IMG/VR virus record: IMGVR_UViG_3300021082_000076
Location: 1-32,130 of that record
From: a virus
Taxonomy: Duplodnaviria > Caudoviricetes
Length of the DNA: 32,130 nucleotides
Direction: 5' to 3' (one strand)
Shown: positions 1 through 8,312 of the stretch, in pieces
Numbering within the stretch: position 1 is the stretch's first letter
Layout: the number at the start of each line of letters is the position of its first letter
Position numbers and translations under genes: made by a program
Notes under the pieces: generated by a model
Seen by the model: only the letters and a program-made list of their open reading frames with translations
What the model was told of the DNA's origin: nothing
Databases searched by the model: none

Positions 1-476
1 TGACGACACAAGCCGCGGCCATGTACTCGCGAGAGCGCATGGACAAGGCGATGGCGCAGAACAATGCGGTCCGACAACAGGCCGCGTTGCAGCAGCACCA
101 GCAGATGTCGCAGAACCAGCAGCAGCAAATGCAGCGGGAGATCTTGGCAGAGAAGGTGGCGATAGCCGTCAATAACTGGGAACTGGGAATAGTGCGATCG
201 GACCCTCGCTATGCGGCGAAAAAAGCCGCTGTTCAGTCCACGATGATGGCACTCGTCGGAGAGTACGGCCCACCCAAGTCGCCCGAGAACGGCATCCAGA
301 TCGCCCAAGAGGCGCTCCGCCGTGTCAACGAGCAGTACAAGGCCTGGTCCCAACCTCAACGAATGCCCACATCGCGCGTCCCGAGCAGCACCGGAAGAAC
401 CGCTGGTGTGGCACCCGAGCCTACGTCGCTGCTGGAAGCAGTCAGATTTGCTCGCGAGGGAGCGCCGCGCCTCTAA
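1..476 (+). CDS. Capsid scaffolding protein, C-terminal part (5'-truncated by the window)
   Basis: The frame is open back to position 3. The product is Gln-rich and coiled-coil-like, with a flexible tail ending 'PTSLLEAVRFAREG', and lies directly upstream of the major capsid gene. Confidence 0.6.
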   Translation, partial: TTQAAAMYSRERMDKAMAQNNAVRQQAALQQHQQMSQNQQQQMQREILAEKVAIAVNNWELGIVRSDPRYAAKKAAVQSTMMALVGEYGPPKSPENGIQIAQEALRRVNEQYKAWSQPQRMPTSRVPSSTGRTAGVAPEPTSLLEAVRFAREGAPRL

Positions 477-492
477 TTCCAGAGGTGCTTAA

Positions 493-1611
493 ATGCCTAC
501 CTATTCTGCTCCACTGCTCGCGCATATCACTACAGCTGCGCTGGACTACTGGATGAATAAAGGGACCGCCTTCCAGGAGGCGATCCAGGAGAAGCCGCTG
601 CTGGCGGCGATGGAATCCAAGAAGAAGACCTTCCCCGGCGGCAAGGGGAATATCATCATCTCGGTCAAGGGTGACTTCGGCAACACCGCGGCGCCAGGTA
701 CCGACGACCAACTGAAAGGCTATCAGTTGGATGACGTGGTAACCTACTATACCCCAGCCAACCTGACCCAGGCCGTGTTCCCGTGGAAGGAGATGCACAT
801 CGGTATCATGCTCACGCACAGTGAGCTGAAGACCGATGGAATTACTGTTTCCGATTCCGGCAACATGGACGACACCTCCGAGCACTCCGGCCGCGACGAC
901 ACCGTGCTGGTCGGACTGTTGCAGGACGCATTGCAGGACGTCAGCGAGCAGTACGCCCGCTGCATGAACAACCTGCTGTGGACCAACGGCGCCACCGACG
1001 CCAAAGCTTTGGCCGGCATGGCGGCGTTGATCACCGACGATCCGTCGACCGGCATTGTTGCCGGCATCAACCGGGCGCAGAAGCCGTGGTGGAGAAACCG
1101 CGCCTTCACCTCGGCGATGGGTACGGCCGTGACCGGCACGCCGGCATTGTCGGCCTGGGGCGGCGGACCAATCACGTCCAGTGCTGCCAACGGCGGCGCG
1201 CTGATCACTCTGCTGCAAAAAGAGTATCGTCAGCTCACCCGCTACGGCGCCAAGCCGAACACTGGCTTCTGCGGCTCCGACTGGCTCGGTGCTTTGGAAG
1301 CTGAACTGCGTGCCAACGGTAACTACAGCATGCAGGGCTTCTCCGGCGCCAAGGACGTCAGTGTCGGGCAAATTTCTTATGCCGGCACCGACTTTGAATA
1401 TGACCCGACGCTGGATCAGCTCGGCAAGAGCAAGCGTTGCTACTGGTACGATTCGCGGGACATCTACCTGGTCGCCATGCAGGACGAGTGGCGCCACCAG
1501 CACTCACCGGATCGCGCACCTGATAAGTACGTGATCTACCGCAGCATCACTTCGACCGGGCAACTCTGTGCGCGGCGCCTTAACGGCGCTGTCGTCATAG
1601 ACATTGTCTGA
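493..1611 (+). CDS. Major capsid protein (HK97 fold)
   Basis: 372 aa with a GAGGT RBS. Size, position after the scaffold and features such as 'PLLAAM..KKTFPGG', 'GINRA..WWRN' and C-terminal 'GQLCARRLNGAVVI' fit podovirus major capsid proteins. Confidence 0.85.
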   Translation: MPTYSAPLLAHITTAALDYWMNKGTAFQEAIQEKPLLAAMESKKKTFPGGKGNIIISVKGDFGNTAAPGTDDQLKGYQLDDVVTYYTPANLTQAVFPWKEMHIGIMLTHSELKTDGITVSDSGNMDDTSEHSGRDDTVLVGLLQDALQDVSEQYARCMNNLLWTNGATDAKALAGMAALITDDPSTGIVAGINRAQKPWWRNRAFTSAMGTAVTGTPALSAWGGGPITSSAANGGALITLLQKEYRQLTRYGAKPNTGFCGSDWLGALEAELRANGNYSMQGFSGAKDVSVGQISYAGTDFEYDPTLDQLGKSKRCYWYDSRDIYLVAMQDEWRHQHSPDRAPDKYVIYRSITSTGQLCARRLNGAVVIDIV

Positions 1612-1621
1612 TCGCAAGCGG

Positions 1622-1669
1622 CTAGGGCGCGCGGGGGAGCGGACACTCCTTAGCGCGTCCTGGTCTTTT
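1622..1669 (+). terminator. Rho-independent terminator-like hairpin after the capsid gene
   Basis: CTAGGGCGCGC..GGAG-loop-CTCC..GCGCGTCCTGG stem (with G-U pairs) followed by TCTTTT. Confidence 0.6.
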
Positions 1670-1683
1670 CATAGGGAGACAGC

Positions 1684-2160
1684 ATGTCGAAGCAGATCCA
1701 ATACTGCGCCTGCAAGATCAACCTTGCCGGCCAGAACTGTCACACCGTGATCTATGGCGCACACAACGCGGTGACCTGGCCGGAGATACAAGTGCTCCAA
1801 ACTTTGCACGGCGACGAGAACGTCATGGACATTATGCCGATCGGCATCGGCGAAGTGTGGCCGACCGAGGAGAAGAACCGACTGATGTCGATCTACGGCC
1901 GTGAAGTTGTCGAGCGGTGCTTCCCGGGGCGGGCCTTCCGCATGGACTACATGATGACCGACGAGGTGAACCTGCCGCGCTACGAAGGCGGCGCCATTTC
2001 CACCAAGGTTGCGCCAGCGATCACCAACGGCAACGGCGACGACGAGGACGACGACGGCGAGGACGAGGTCGCCAAGGCGGAAGCCCAACTCGAGCCGATC
2101 TTCCGGCCGGCCCGCGGCCGGCGGACACCACCGCCACCGGAGCATAAGGACGCCGTCTAG
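1684..2160 (+). CDS. Hypothetical virion-module protein
   Basis: 158 aa with a GGGAG RBS. It has a folded-looking N-terminal part and an acidic disordered tail, and lies between capsid and adaptor genes. Confidence 0.7.
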   Translation: MSKQIQYCACKINLAGQNCHTVIYGAHNAVTWPEIQVLQTLHGDENVMDIMPIGIGEVWPTEEKNRLMSIYGREVVERCFPGRAFRMDYMMTDEVNLPRYEGGAISTKVAPAITNGNGDDEDDDGEDEVAKAEAQLEPIFRPARGRRTPPPPEHKDAV

Positions 2161-2957
2161 TGCCATTGGGGGTAACGCTGCTGGAACTGCGCCGCGAGCT
2201 GCGTGCCGAGACCGGCACGTCGCTCAACCCTGCCCAGGGGATCCAGGCGCAGGATACGATCGACATACTATTGGCCAGACAGCAGCGCGAGCTGTGGGAC
2301 GCCTACAATTGGCAGCACCTCAAGCTCTGGGTCGACGTGCCGGTTATCGGCGGCCAGGCGATCTACACCTACCCGCCGGAGATGGGGTTCGACCAGATCG
2401 TCCACATCTACATCGCCCAGGTCACCAAGGACGATCCGGTCGACGCCGCCAAGATCACTTCGTCGACCGCCTGGACGCCGCTGACCTACGGCATCAAGGC
2501 GTTCATGACGCAGCTCGGCCCGACCCGATACGGCAAGCCGGTGCGCTGGAGCAACCGGGTTACGGTCAACGTCGCCGGCCCTGCGCCAGTCACCAACCCG
2601 GTCGGTCAGTTCCAACTGCTGCCGACGCCGGAGGATAATGTCTCCAATCCGAAGCAGAGCTACGTGCTGCGGTTTGAAGGCATGGCACCGCTGTCGCCGC
2701 TGGTTGCGCCGACCGACAGTTGCATCATCGATTCCAAGGCGATCGTGCTGTTTGCCGCGGCCGAGATGATGGCCGTGCAGAAGAGTGAAGCGGCGCCGAT
2801 GAAGCTGACCAAGGCGCAGAATTACCTGCGGCGTTTGCTTGCAGATCAAGGCGCCGACAAGCGCACCAACTACAACATGGGCGGCATCTTCCGCGGAGGC
2901 TTCGACCCCGACAAGACCCAGCGTAGCGTTCCCTACGTCGACTACATCCCGAACTGA
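2160..2957 (+). CDS. Head-tail adaptor / tail tubular protein A-like
   Basis: GTG start overlapping the upstream TAG. N-terminal 'TLLELRRELR', 'LARQQRELWDAYNW', 'YTYP', 'LLPTP' and a C-terminal helix are typical of podovirus adaptors. Confidence 0.7.
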   Translation: MPLGVTLLELRRELRAETGTSLNPAQGIQAQDTIDILLARQQRELWDAYNWQHLKLWVDVPVIGGQAIYTYPPEMGFDQIVHIYIAQVTKDDPVDAAKITSSTAWTPLTYGIKAFMTQLGPTRYGKPVRWSNRVTVNVAGPAPVTNPVGQFQLLPTPEDNVSNPKQSYVLRFEGMAPLSPLVAPTDSCIIDSKAIVLFAAAEMMAVQKSEAAPMKLTKAQNYLRRLLADQGADKRTNYNMGGIFRGGFDPDKTQRSVPYVDYIPN

Positions 2958-2969
2958 TGGAGGGAGTAG

Positions 2970-4406
2970 TTGCCCTACTTCACCATCACCGACTTCGCTG
3001 CCGGTCTAGATCTACGGCGCAGTGAGCTGACCGCTCCCGCAGGCACCCTGCGGTCGATGCGCAATGCTCATGTCACGCCAGGCGGTGAAATTGAAAAGCG
3101 CATGGCGTTCGTGCCGTTCTGGTCCTGCGACCCGGCCAGCCGGGGCCTCGTTGAGGTCAACCAGAAGCTCTACGCCTTCGGCCCGAACGGCCCTTACAAA
3201 GTAGAACCCCCATCCGGCGTCTGGTCGATCGGCGTGCTCGGGCAGCAAACCACCACGCTGTACGAGATCATCGACTACGATCTGTTCGACAACAAAGTGT
3301 TCGTGATCCTGTGGAAGGACGCCGCCGGCAATGTCGGCCGCTACTACGACGGCCTCGACCTGCCGCTGGCGCGCGGCTTCTACTGCCGCACCTACAAGAA
3401 CAAGATGTACACGGTCGAGCATAGCATCCTCTACTTTTCCGCGATCGGTAACGCCGGCGACTGGTCCGGCATGGCGCCGCCGAACCCGACCAACTTCATC
3501 GACCTGTCGATGGGCGATTCCGATATGACCGATTCGGTGGCGCTCGAGGTCTACTACGACAAGCTGGCGATCTTTTCCTCGACCGCGGTGCAGCTGTGGA
3601 TCATGGATCCGGATTTCACGAAGAATCAGTACGTGCAGACCCTGCGCCAGGCCGGCACCACGGCGTGGCGTTCAGTGATGCAGTACGGCTCCGGTGACGT
3701 GATGTACCTGTCGCAGTCCGGCGTGCGCTCGCTCCGCGCCAGGAACTCATCACTGGCTGCGGCGGTGTCCGACATCGGCTCGCCATTGGATCCGCTGCTG
3801 CAGGATCTGTTCCGCAGCATGGGCAAGGACTGGATGAGCGGCACGATCGCGCTGCTGCAGCCGGTCACCGGCCGGTTCTGGATCATCATGGCCGGGTCGA
3901 AGGACAGCGAAGAAGCGCCGATGACGTCGAAGATCTACGTGCTGTCGGCGTTCCCTGGGCCGAAGATCACCGCCTGGTCGGAGTACGACGCCGGCTTTGT
4001 CATCACTGCCGCGTGTCTGCATCAAGACCGGGTGGTGGTGCGCGACGATAACAACACCGTCTACGCCTACGGCGGCATCTCCGATGTCGGACCCATTTAT
4101 GACGACTGTCCGGTCGAGTTGATCTTCCCATTCCACGCCGGCGAGGGCGTGGCCACCTTCAAGGGCTTCACCGCGCTCGATGCCACCTGCTCCGGCGTGC
4201 CGTGGCAGGTGTCGGCCGCGTTCAATGTCGCCGACCCTTCGGTCGAAGACGTCATTGGTGAATTCAACGGCCCGTCGTTCCCGCAGGGCAAGATCCAACT
4301 CTTCGGCCACGCCACCCACATGTCGCTGCGGCTGCGGTCGCAGGAGCTGGGGCCGCAGACCCTGTCCAACATGGTGGTGCATTACGCAGGGGCTGAGACC
4401 GGATGA
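2970..4406 (+). CDS. Tail nozzle / tail tubular protein B (P22 gp10-like)
   Basis: TTG start with a GGAGG RBS. N-terminus 'ITDFAAGLD...NAHVTPGGEIEKR' and beta-propeller-like segments ('LYFSAIGNAGDW'); follows the adaptor. Confidence 0.75.
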   Translation: MPYFTITDFAAGLDLRRSELTAPAGTLRSMRNAHVTPGGEIEKRMAFVPFWSCDPASRGLVEVNQKLYAFGPNGPYKVEPPSGVWSIGVLGQQTTTLYEIIDYDLFDNKVFVILWKDAAGNVGRYYDGLDLPLARGFYCRTYKNKMYTVEHSILYFSAIGNAGDWSGMAPPNPTNFIDLSMGDSDMTDSVALEVYYDKLAIFSSTAVQLWIMDPDFTKNQYVQTLRQAGTTAWRSVMQYGSGDVMYLSQSGVRSLRARNSSLAAAVSDIGSPLDPLLQDLFRSMGKDWMSGTIALLQPVTGRFWIIMAGSKDSEEAPMTSKIYVLSAFPGPKITAWSEYDAGFVITAACLHQDRVVVRDDNNTVYAYGGISDVGPIYDDCPVELIFPFHAGEGVATFKGFTALDATCSGVPWQVSAAFNVADPSVEDVIGEFNGPSFPQGKIQLFGHATHMSLRLRSQELGPQTLSNMVVHYAGAETG

Positions 4407-4921
4407 TCGAGATCACCAACGCCGACCGCGGCATGATCCAGGCCGTCCTCGACAACCTCCGCAGCGACGACTTCGCGGAGATGGACGCGGCCGGCACCGA
4501 CCTGAGCCTGCTGGCCTGGCAATTGGCCAAGCACAGCACGTTTTCGTACTGCGCCTGGAGCTACGAGCACGGGCCGATCTCGGTGTGGGGAATGGTGCCA
4601 AAACGCCAGGGGGTCGCCGCCGGATACGCTTTCGGCACTCCTGAATGGAGCAGAGCCGTGCTACCAATGGCTCGGCAGATACGGGGGTTCGTACTGCCAC
4701 TATTGGTCGAGCTGGGTATCCACCGGGTCGAAGCGGTGGCACTGCTACGACGTGACGATGTCCGCAGATTTATGAGTTTGATCGGCGCCAAGGCCGAAGG
4801 CGTGCTGTCCGGCTATGGCACTGCAGGCGAAGACTTCGTTTCGTACAGGTGGTTGTCTGATGAATATTCCTATCGTCGACCTGCCCAAGCCCAAGCGTTC
4901 TGTGCGCACACCGCACATTAA
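4403..4921 (+). CDS. GNAT-fold protein, T7 gp13 (internal virion protein A)-like
   Basis: 'NLRSDDFAEM' N-terminal motif and 'RVEAVAL....VRRFMSLIGAKAEGVLSGYG..GEDF..YRW' RimL-like C-terminus. Its position after the nozzle matches T7 gp13. Confidence 0.7.
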   Translation: MIEITNADRGMIQAVLDNLRSDDFAEMDAAGTDLSLLAWQLAKHSTFSYCAWSYEHGPISVWGMVPKRQGVAAGYAFGTPEWSRAVLPMARQIRGFVLPLLVELGIHRVEAVALLRRDDVRRFMSLIGAKAEGVLSGYGTAGEDFVSYRWLSDEYSYRRPAQAQAFCAHTAH

Positions 4922-5378
4922 CGTCCGCATGGCCGAGGCTAGTGATGCCAAGCAGCTGGCCGTCTTCCTCGGCGAGTTCTTCCATCTGTCAGGCTGGGCC
5001 AAGCACCTGAAGTATCACCAGGAGAAAACCGAACGCTACCTAGAGAACGCGGTCGGCACTCAATTCGCTATGTATGTGATCGCGCTGGATACGCTGGACA
5101 ACAACAAGCTGGTTGGCGTCTGCAGCTACCACGTGTTCGAGGTGTTCTCCGAGCCGATGGGAGTAATGGACGAAACCTACACCATCCCGAAGTACCAGCG
5201 CACCGACCTCGGCCGCCGCCTGGTCGACATGGTCATCACGCTCGCCCGCCGCGACGGCTGCAAGGTGATCAACTTCCCGATCTGCTCCGGCATGCCGGAG
5301 CAGAACTCGCTGATGAACATGATCGGTCGGCACTTCGGTGGCGAGCCGGTCGGCATGATTTTCACGGTGGTGCTCTGA
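4860..5378 (+). CDS. GNAT family N-acyltransferase
   Basis: 'VRMAEASD' start of fold and acyl-CoA-binding motif A 'YTIPKYQRTDLGRRLV...ARRDGC'. ATG 4860 has an AGGTGG RBS and overlaps the previous gene by 62 bp. Confidence 0.8.
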   Translation: MNIPIVDLPKPKRSVRTPHINVRMAEASDAKQLAVFLGEFFHLSGWAKHLKYHQEKTERYLENAVGTQFAMYVIALDTLDNNKLVGVCSYHVFEVFSEPMGVMDETYTIPKYQRTDLGRRLVDMVITLARRDGCKVINFPICSGMPEQNSLMNMIGRHFGGEPVGMIFTVVL

Positions 5379-5758
5379 TGGGTGGCAAGGGCAAAGGCGG
5401 GGCGCCGCCTGGCGGCGATGCGATCACCTGGGGTCCGCTGGCCCGGGCGAACGGCTGGGGCTGGGACAAGGAGCAGCCCGAGGCTGCGGCGCCCGAAGCG
5501 CCGCCGGCCCCGGCAGCGGCAGCCACCGCCGCGCCCGAGCAGGCTGCGGTGCAGGAGCAGGCCACGCCCGCGGCGGCCGGCCCGCAAGGCCCGATCGGCG
5601 AGCCGACCCCGCCAGGCCAGGCGACCGGCGGCAGCATCAACACCACGCAGGACACCGGCGGCAGACTGGCGCAGGCGATCACGGCGGCGCCGTCGATGTG
5701 GACTGACCGGCTGAAGAAACAAGGCACTGACAGCATGACAACGACCGGACAGGTGTAA
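5378..5758 (+). CDS. Pro/Ala-rich small protein, paralogue 1 (MGGKG start)
   Basis: TGATG-coupled to the GNAT. Starts MGGKGKGG and carries C-terminal motif TGGRLAQAITAAPSMW. Confidence 0.75.
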   Translation: MGGKGKGGAPPGGDAITWGPLARANGWGWDKEQPEAAAPEAPPAPAAAATAAPEQAAVQEQATPAAAGPQGPIGEPTPPGQATGGSINTTQDTGGRLAQAITAAPSMWTDRLKKQGTDSMTTTGQV

Positions 5759-5760
5759 CC

Positions 5761-6129
5761 ATGCCGTGGAACGACATAGGCGGTAATTACCATTGGGGAT
5801 CCGAGCCAGGCTGGACAGCAGTGCCGGAGCCGGCACCCGAGCCACCGCCGCCGTTAAACCTGCCGATGGCGCCGGCACAGATGGCGCCACCGGCGCCGGT
5901 GGCGCCGCCAGTGGCACCGGCCGCTCCCGCGGCCGCGGCGCCGGTCGAGCCGCTCGGGCCGGCGATCCCGGCCGGCGGACCGATCGTCAGCAAGCTGCAG
6001 CCTGGCGGCGGCCCGCCGCAATCCACCGGCGCTCTCCTGGCTGGGTCGCTGCTGCCGCCGCCGTCGATTTGGGCAAATCCATCGCAGAAGCCGGCGACCA
6101 CGCCTGGCAGCATCAGCACAACCAGATAG
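5761..6129 (+). CDS. Pro/Ala-rich small protein, paralogue 2
   Basis: Tightly packed after paralogue 1; C-terminal motif TGALLAGSLLPPPSIW. Confidence 0.75.
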   Translation: MPWNDIGGNYHWGSEPGWTAVPEPAPEPPPPLNLPMAPAQMAPPAPVAPPVAPAAPAAAAPVEPLGPAIPAGGPIVSKLQPGGGPPQSTGALLAGSLLPPPSIWANPSQKPATTPGSISTTR

Positions 6130-6136
6130 GTGGGCC

Positions 6137-6601
6137 ATGCCATACAGGGTCTATGACGGTTACGGATCGTGGACGGAACAGCCGGACACGATCTATGACG
6201 GCTACGGTTCATGGATAAGAAATCCAGCCCTGCCGCCCGAATACGACGGCTACGGCGGCTTCTGGAACAAGGAGACCGATCCAAACTGGATCGCGCCGCC
6301 CGCGCCGGAAGCGCCCGCGCCGGTAGCGGCGCCCGCACCAGAGCCAGCACCAGCGCCGGTGGCGCCGCCGATCGTCGCGCCTGCCGCCGCCGCACCGGCG
6401 GCACCGGCCGCACCGGCAGTCGACCCGAACGCGCCGCTCGGGCCGGCGATCTCGGCCGGCAGCCCGATCAGCAGCGGCAGCAAACTGCAGACCACAACCG
6501 GCGACAAGTTAGCGTCATCGCTGCTGACGCCGCCATCCAATTGGGATTCCTACGGCAAGCCGAAGTCGGGCGCGTCCGGCAGTCTCAGCGTAACCAAGTA
6601 G
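6137..6601 (+). CDS. Pro/Ala-rich small protein, paralogue 3 (three YDGYG repeats)
   Basis: AGGTGG RBS; three YDGYG(S/G)..W units; C-terminal motif TGDKLASSLLTPPSNW. Confidence 0.75.
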   Translation: MPYRVYDGYGSWTEQPDTIYDGYGSWIRNPALPPEYDGYGGFWNKETDPNWIAPPAPEAPAPVAAPAPEPAPAPVAPPIVAPAAAAPAAPAAPAVDPNAPLGPAISAGSPISSGSKLQTTTGDKLASSLLTPPSNWDSYGKPKSGASGSLSVTK

Positions 6602-6610
6602 GGGGCCAGC

Positions 6611-6958
6611 ATGGGCGGCAAAGGCGGCGGCGGACAGCAGTACTACCAAGAGCCGCTCGACAAGTCGGGCAACGCAACCTTGGAAGAGGCGCAGCAAACA
6701 CTCGCCAAAAAGGCGCCGCTCGACATGACCGGCTACCAGTCGAACATCAACGTCAAGAAAGCGGCCGCCGATGCCACGGCGAAACCAGAAGACACTTCCA
6801 AGCCGGATACCACGACCGCACCGGCCGAGGGTGTGTCCGGCACCGAGACCACCAAGGACAGCACTGGAAACATTGTTGCCAAGTCGGTGCTGACGCCGCC
6901 TGGCTTCTGGGCGGACTACAACAAGACGGCGCCGGTCGATCCAAACGCGCAAGTATGA
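6611..6958 (+). CDS. Small protein, paralogue 4 (MGGKG start)
   Basis: Starts MGGKGGGG; C-terminal motif TGNIVAKSVLTPPGFW. Confidence 0.75.
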   Translation: MGGKGGGGQQYYQEPLDKSGNATLEEAQQTLAKKAPLDMTGYQSNINVKKAAADATAKPEDTSKPDTTTAPAEGVSGTETTKDSTGNIVAKSVLTPPGFWADYNKTAPVDPNAQV

Positions 6959-6967
6959 GGTGAGCAC

Positions 6968-7615
6968 ATGGGCGGTAAAGGCGGAAGCGGACCATCGAAC
7001 AATCAAATGGTGCAGCTGGAGATGCAGCGCGCCCAGGAAGCTCGCGACAAAGAGAACGAACGCCAGGCTCGGCTCAACCAGGGCAAGACGGCGATCGACA
7101 GCATCTTTGGCAACGATAACTTCGGCGACAGCTTCTACGAGAAATATCGCAAGGCCGGCCTCGACTACACGCTGCCGCAGTTGCAGAGCCAGTACAAAGA
7201 CGCCTCGCGCACTGCCGAGTCCGACCTGGCGCGGGCCGGGTTGCTGCGATCCGGCGCCGCCGGCTTTGTGCAGAACAAGTTGACCGAGCAACAGGGCGTC
7301 AACGAAGCGGCGCTACGGGCCAAGGCCGACACCGACACGGCTGAGTTACGCAAGTCAATCGCCGCTCAGCAGCAGCAAGCCTACAACCAGCTCTACGCCA
7401 CCGAAGACCCGACCGTCGCCGCCAACACGGCAGCGACATCTGCCGGCAACGCGCAGTTGCAGCAGCCGAACCCGGGTGCATTGGGCGACATGTTCAAGCC
7501 GATCGCCATTGGATTAGGCTCCGCGGTCGCGCCGGCGATCGGAGAGTATCAGGCTAACAAGGCACTCACCGCCAGGACCGGCCGCGAATCTGGTTCAGGA
7601 CAGGTAACGAGCTAA
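6968..7615 (+). CDS. Putative internal virion / ejection protein (MGGKG start)
   Basis: GAGGT RBS. Starts MGGKGGSG and is Gln/Ala-rich helical with 'LARAGLLRSG', as in podovirus DNA-transfer proteins. Confidence 0.65.
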   Translation: MGGKGGSGPSNNQMVQLEMQRAQEARDKENERQARLNQGKTAIDSIFGNDNFGDSFYEKYRKAGLDYTLPQLQSQYKDASRTAESDLARAGLLRSGAAGFVQNKLTEQQGVNEAALRAKADTDTAELRKSIAAQQQQAYNQLYATEDPTVAANTAATSAGNAQLQQPNPGALGDMFKPIAIGLGSAVAPAIGEYQANKALTARTGRESGSGQVTS

Positions 7616-7618
7616 ACC

Positions 7619-8305
7619 ATGTGCGACCCAGTCTCGATCATCGGCCTCGGCTTCAGCATCGGCATGTCGATGTACAACATGCAGCAACAGCAAGACATGG
7701 CCTCGCAGCAAAATGCTGCCAACGATCAGTGGGTCGCATACCAACGCCGCCAATCGCAGGAGTACCTGAAGCGTGACGAGCAGTTGCGGCTCAATGCCGA
7801 GGCTGCGCGCAGCGGCTCGCTCGAGGAGCTGGACGCCAAGAAGCAGACCGCGGCACAAGAGGACGAAGCCACGCGCCTGACCAAGGCGCTGACGCCGGAA
7901 GACATCGCCAACCAGGCCGAGGGCGATCCCAACGCACTGGCGTCAGCGATGTTCTCCGGCCAGGAGCACGGCTCCGACGAGATGAAGACGGCGATCCAGG
8001 GCCATATCCAGCAGGCGGCGATCGAAGCGCGCAAGCGGATCGCGGCGCTCGCCAACGTGCAGTCCTACGGTGGCTCGCAGTATGGCCTGACCAACCGCGC
8101 CAACAGCATCTTCAACACCGCCGGCCAAGACATCCGCCTGGCTGGCAATGAAAGAGCAGGTCAACTGTCCGCCTACAACGTCGCCAAGGCGGTCGAGCCG
8201 ATCAAGATTTCACAATACAGCGGCGGCGCAGCTGGTGGCCTGGCGCAAGCCGGCGCGCAGATCGCCGGGACCGGCCTCGGCAACGCACTAGCTACGAGCG
8301 TATGA
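7619..8305 (+). CDS. Internal virion protein B-like (T7 gp14-type ejection protein)
   Basis: 'MCDPVS' plus a hydrophobic Gly-rich N-terminus, a Q/A-rich coiled coil and a Gly/Ala-rich hydrophobic C-terminus. Confidence 0.7.
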   Translation: MCDPVSIIGLGFSIGMSMYNMQQQQDMASQQNAANDQWVAYQRRQSQEYLKRDEQLRLNAEAARSGSLEELDAKKQTAAQEDEATRLTKALTPEDIANQAEGDPNALASAMFSGQEHGSDEMKTAIQGHIQQAAIEARKRIAALANVQSYGGSQYGLTNRANSIFNTAGQDIRLAGNERAGQLSAYNVAKAVEPIKISQYSGGAAGGLAQAGAQIAGTGLGNALATSV

Positions 8306-8312
8306 GGGCGTC

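Noticed and set aside
1590-1690. Programmed frameshift or readthrough extension of the capsid protein
   Set aside because: There is no slippery heptamer near the stop, and the downstream hairpin with a U-tract is better explained as a terminator.
5378-6601. Paralogue array and YDGYG repeats as DGR template/variable repeats or a CRISPR-like array
   Set aside because: There is no reverse transcriptase. The similarity is at protein level with synonymous divergence, is not adenine-specific, and shows no identical DNA repeats.
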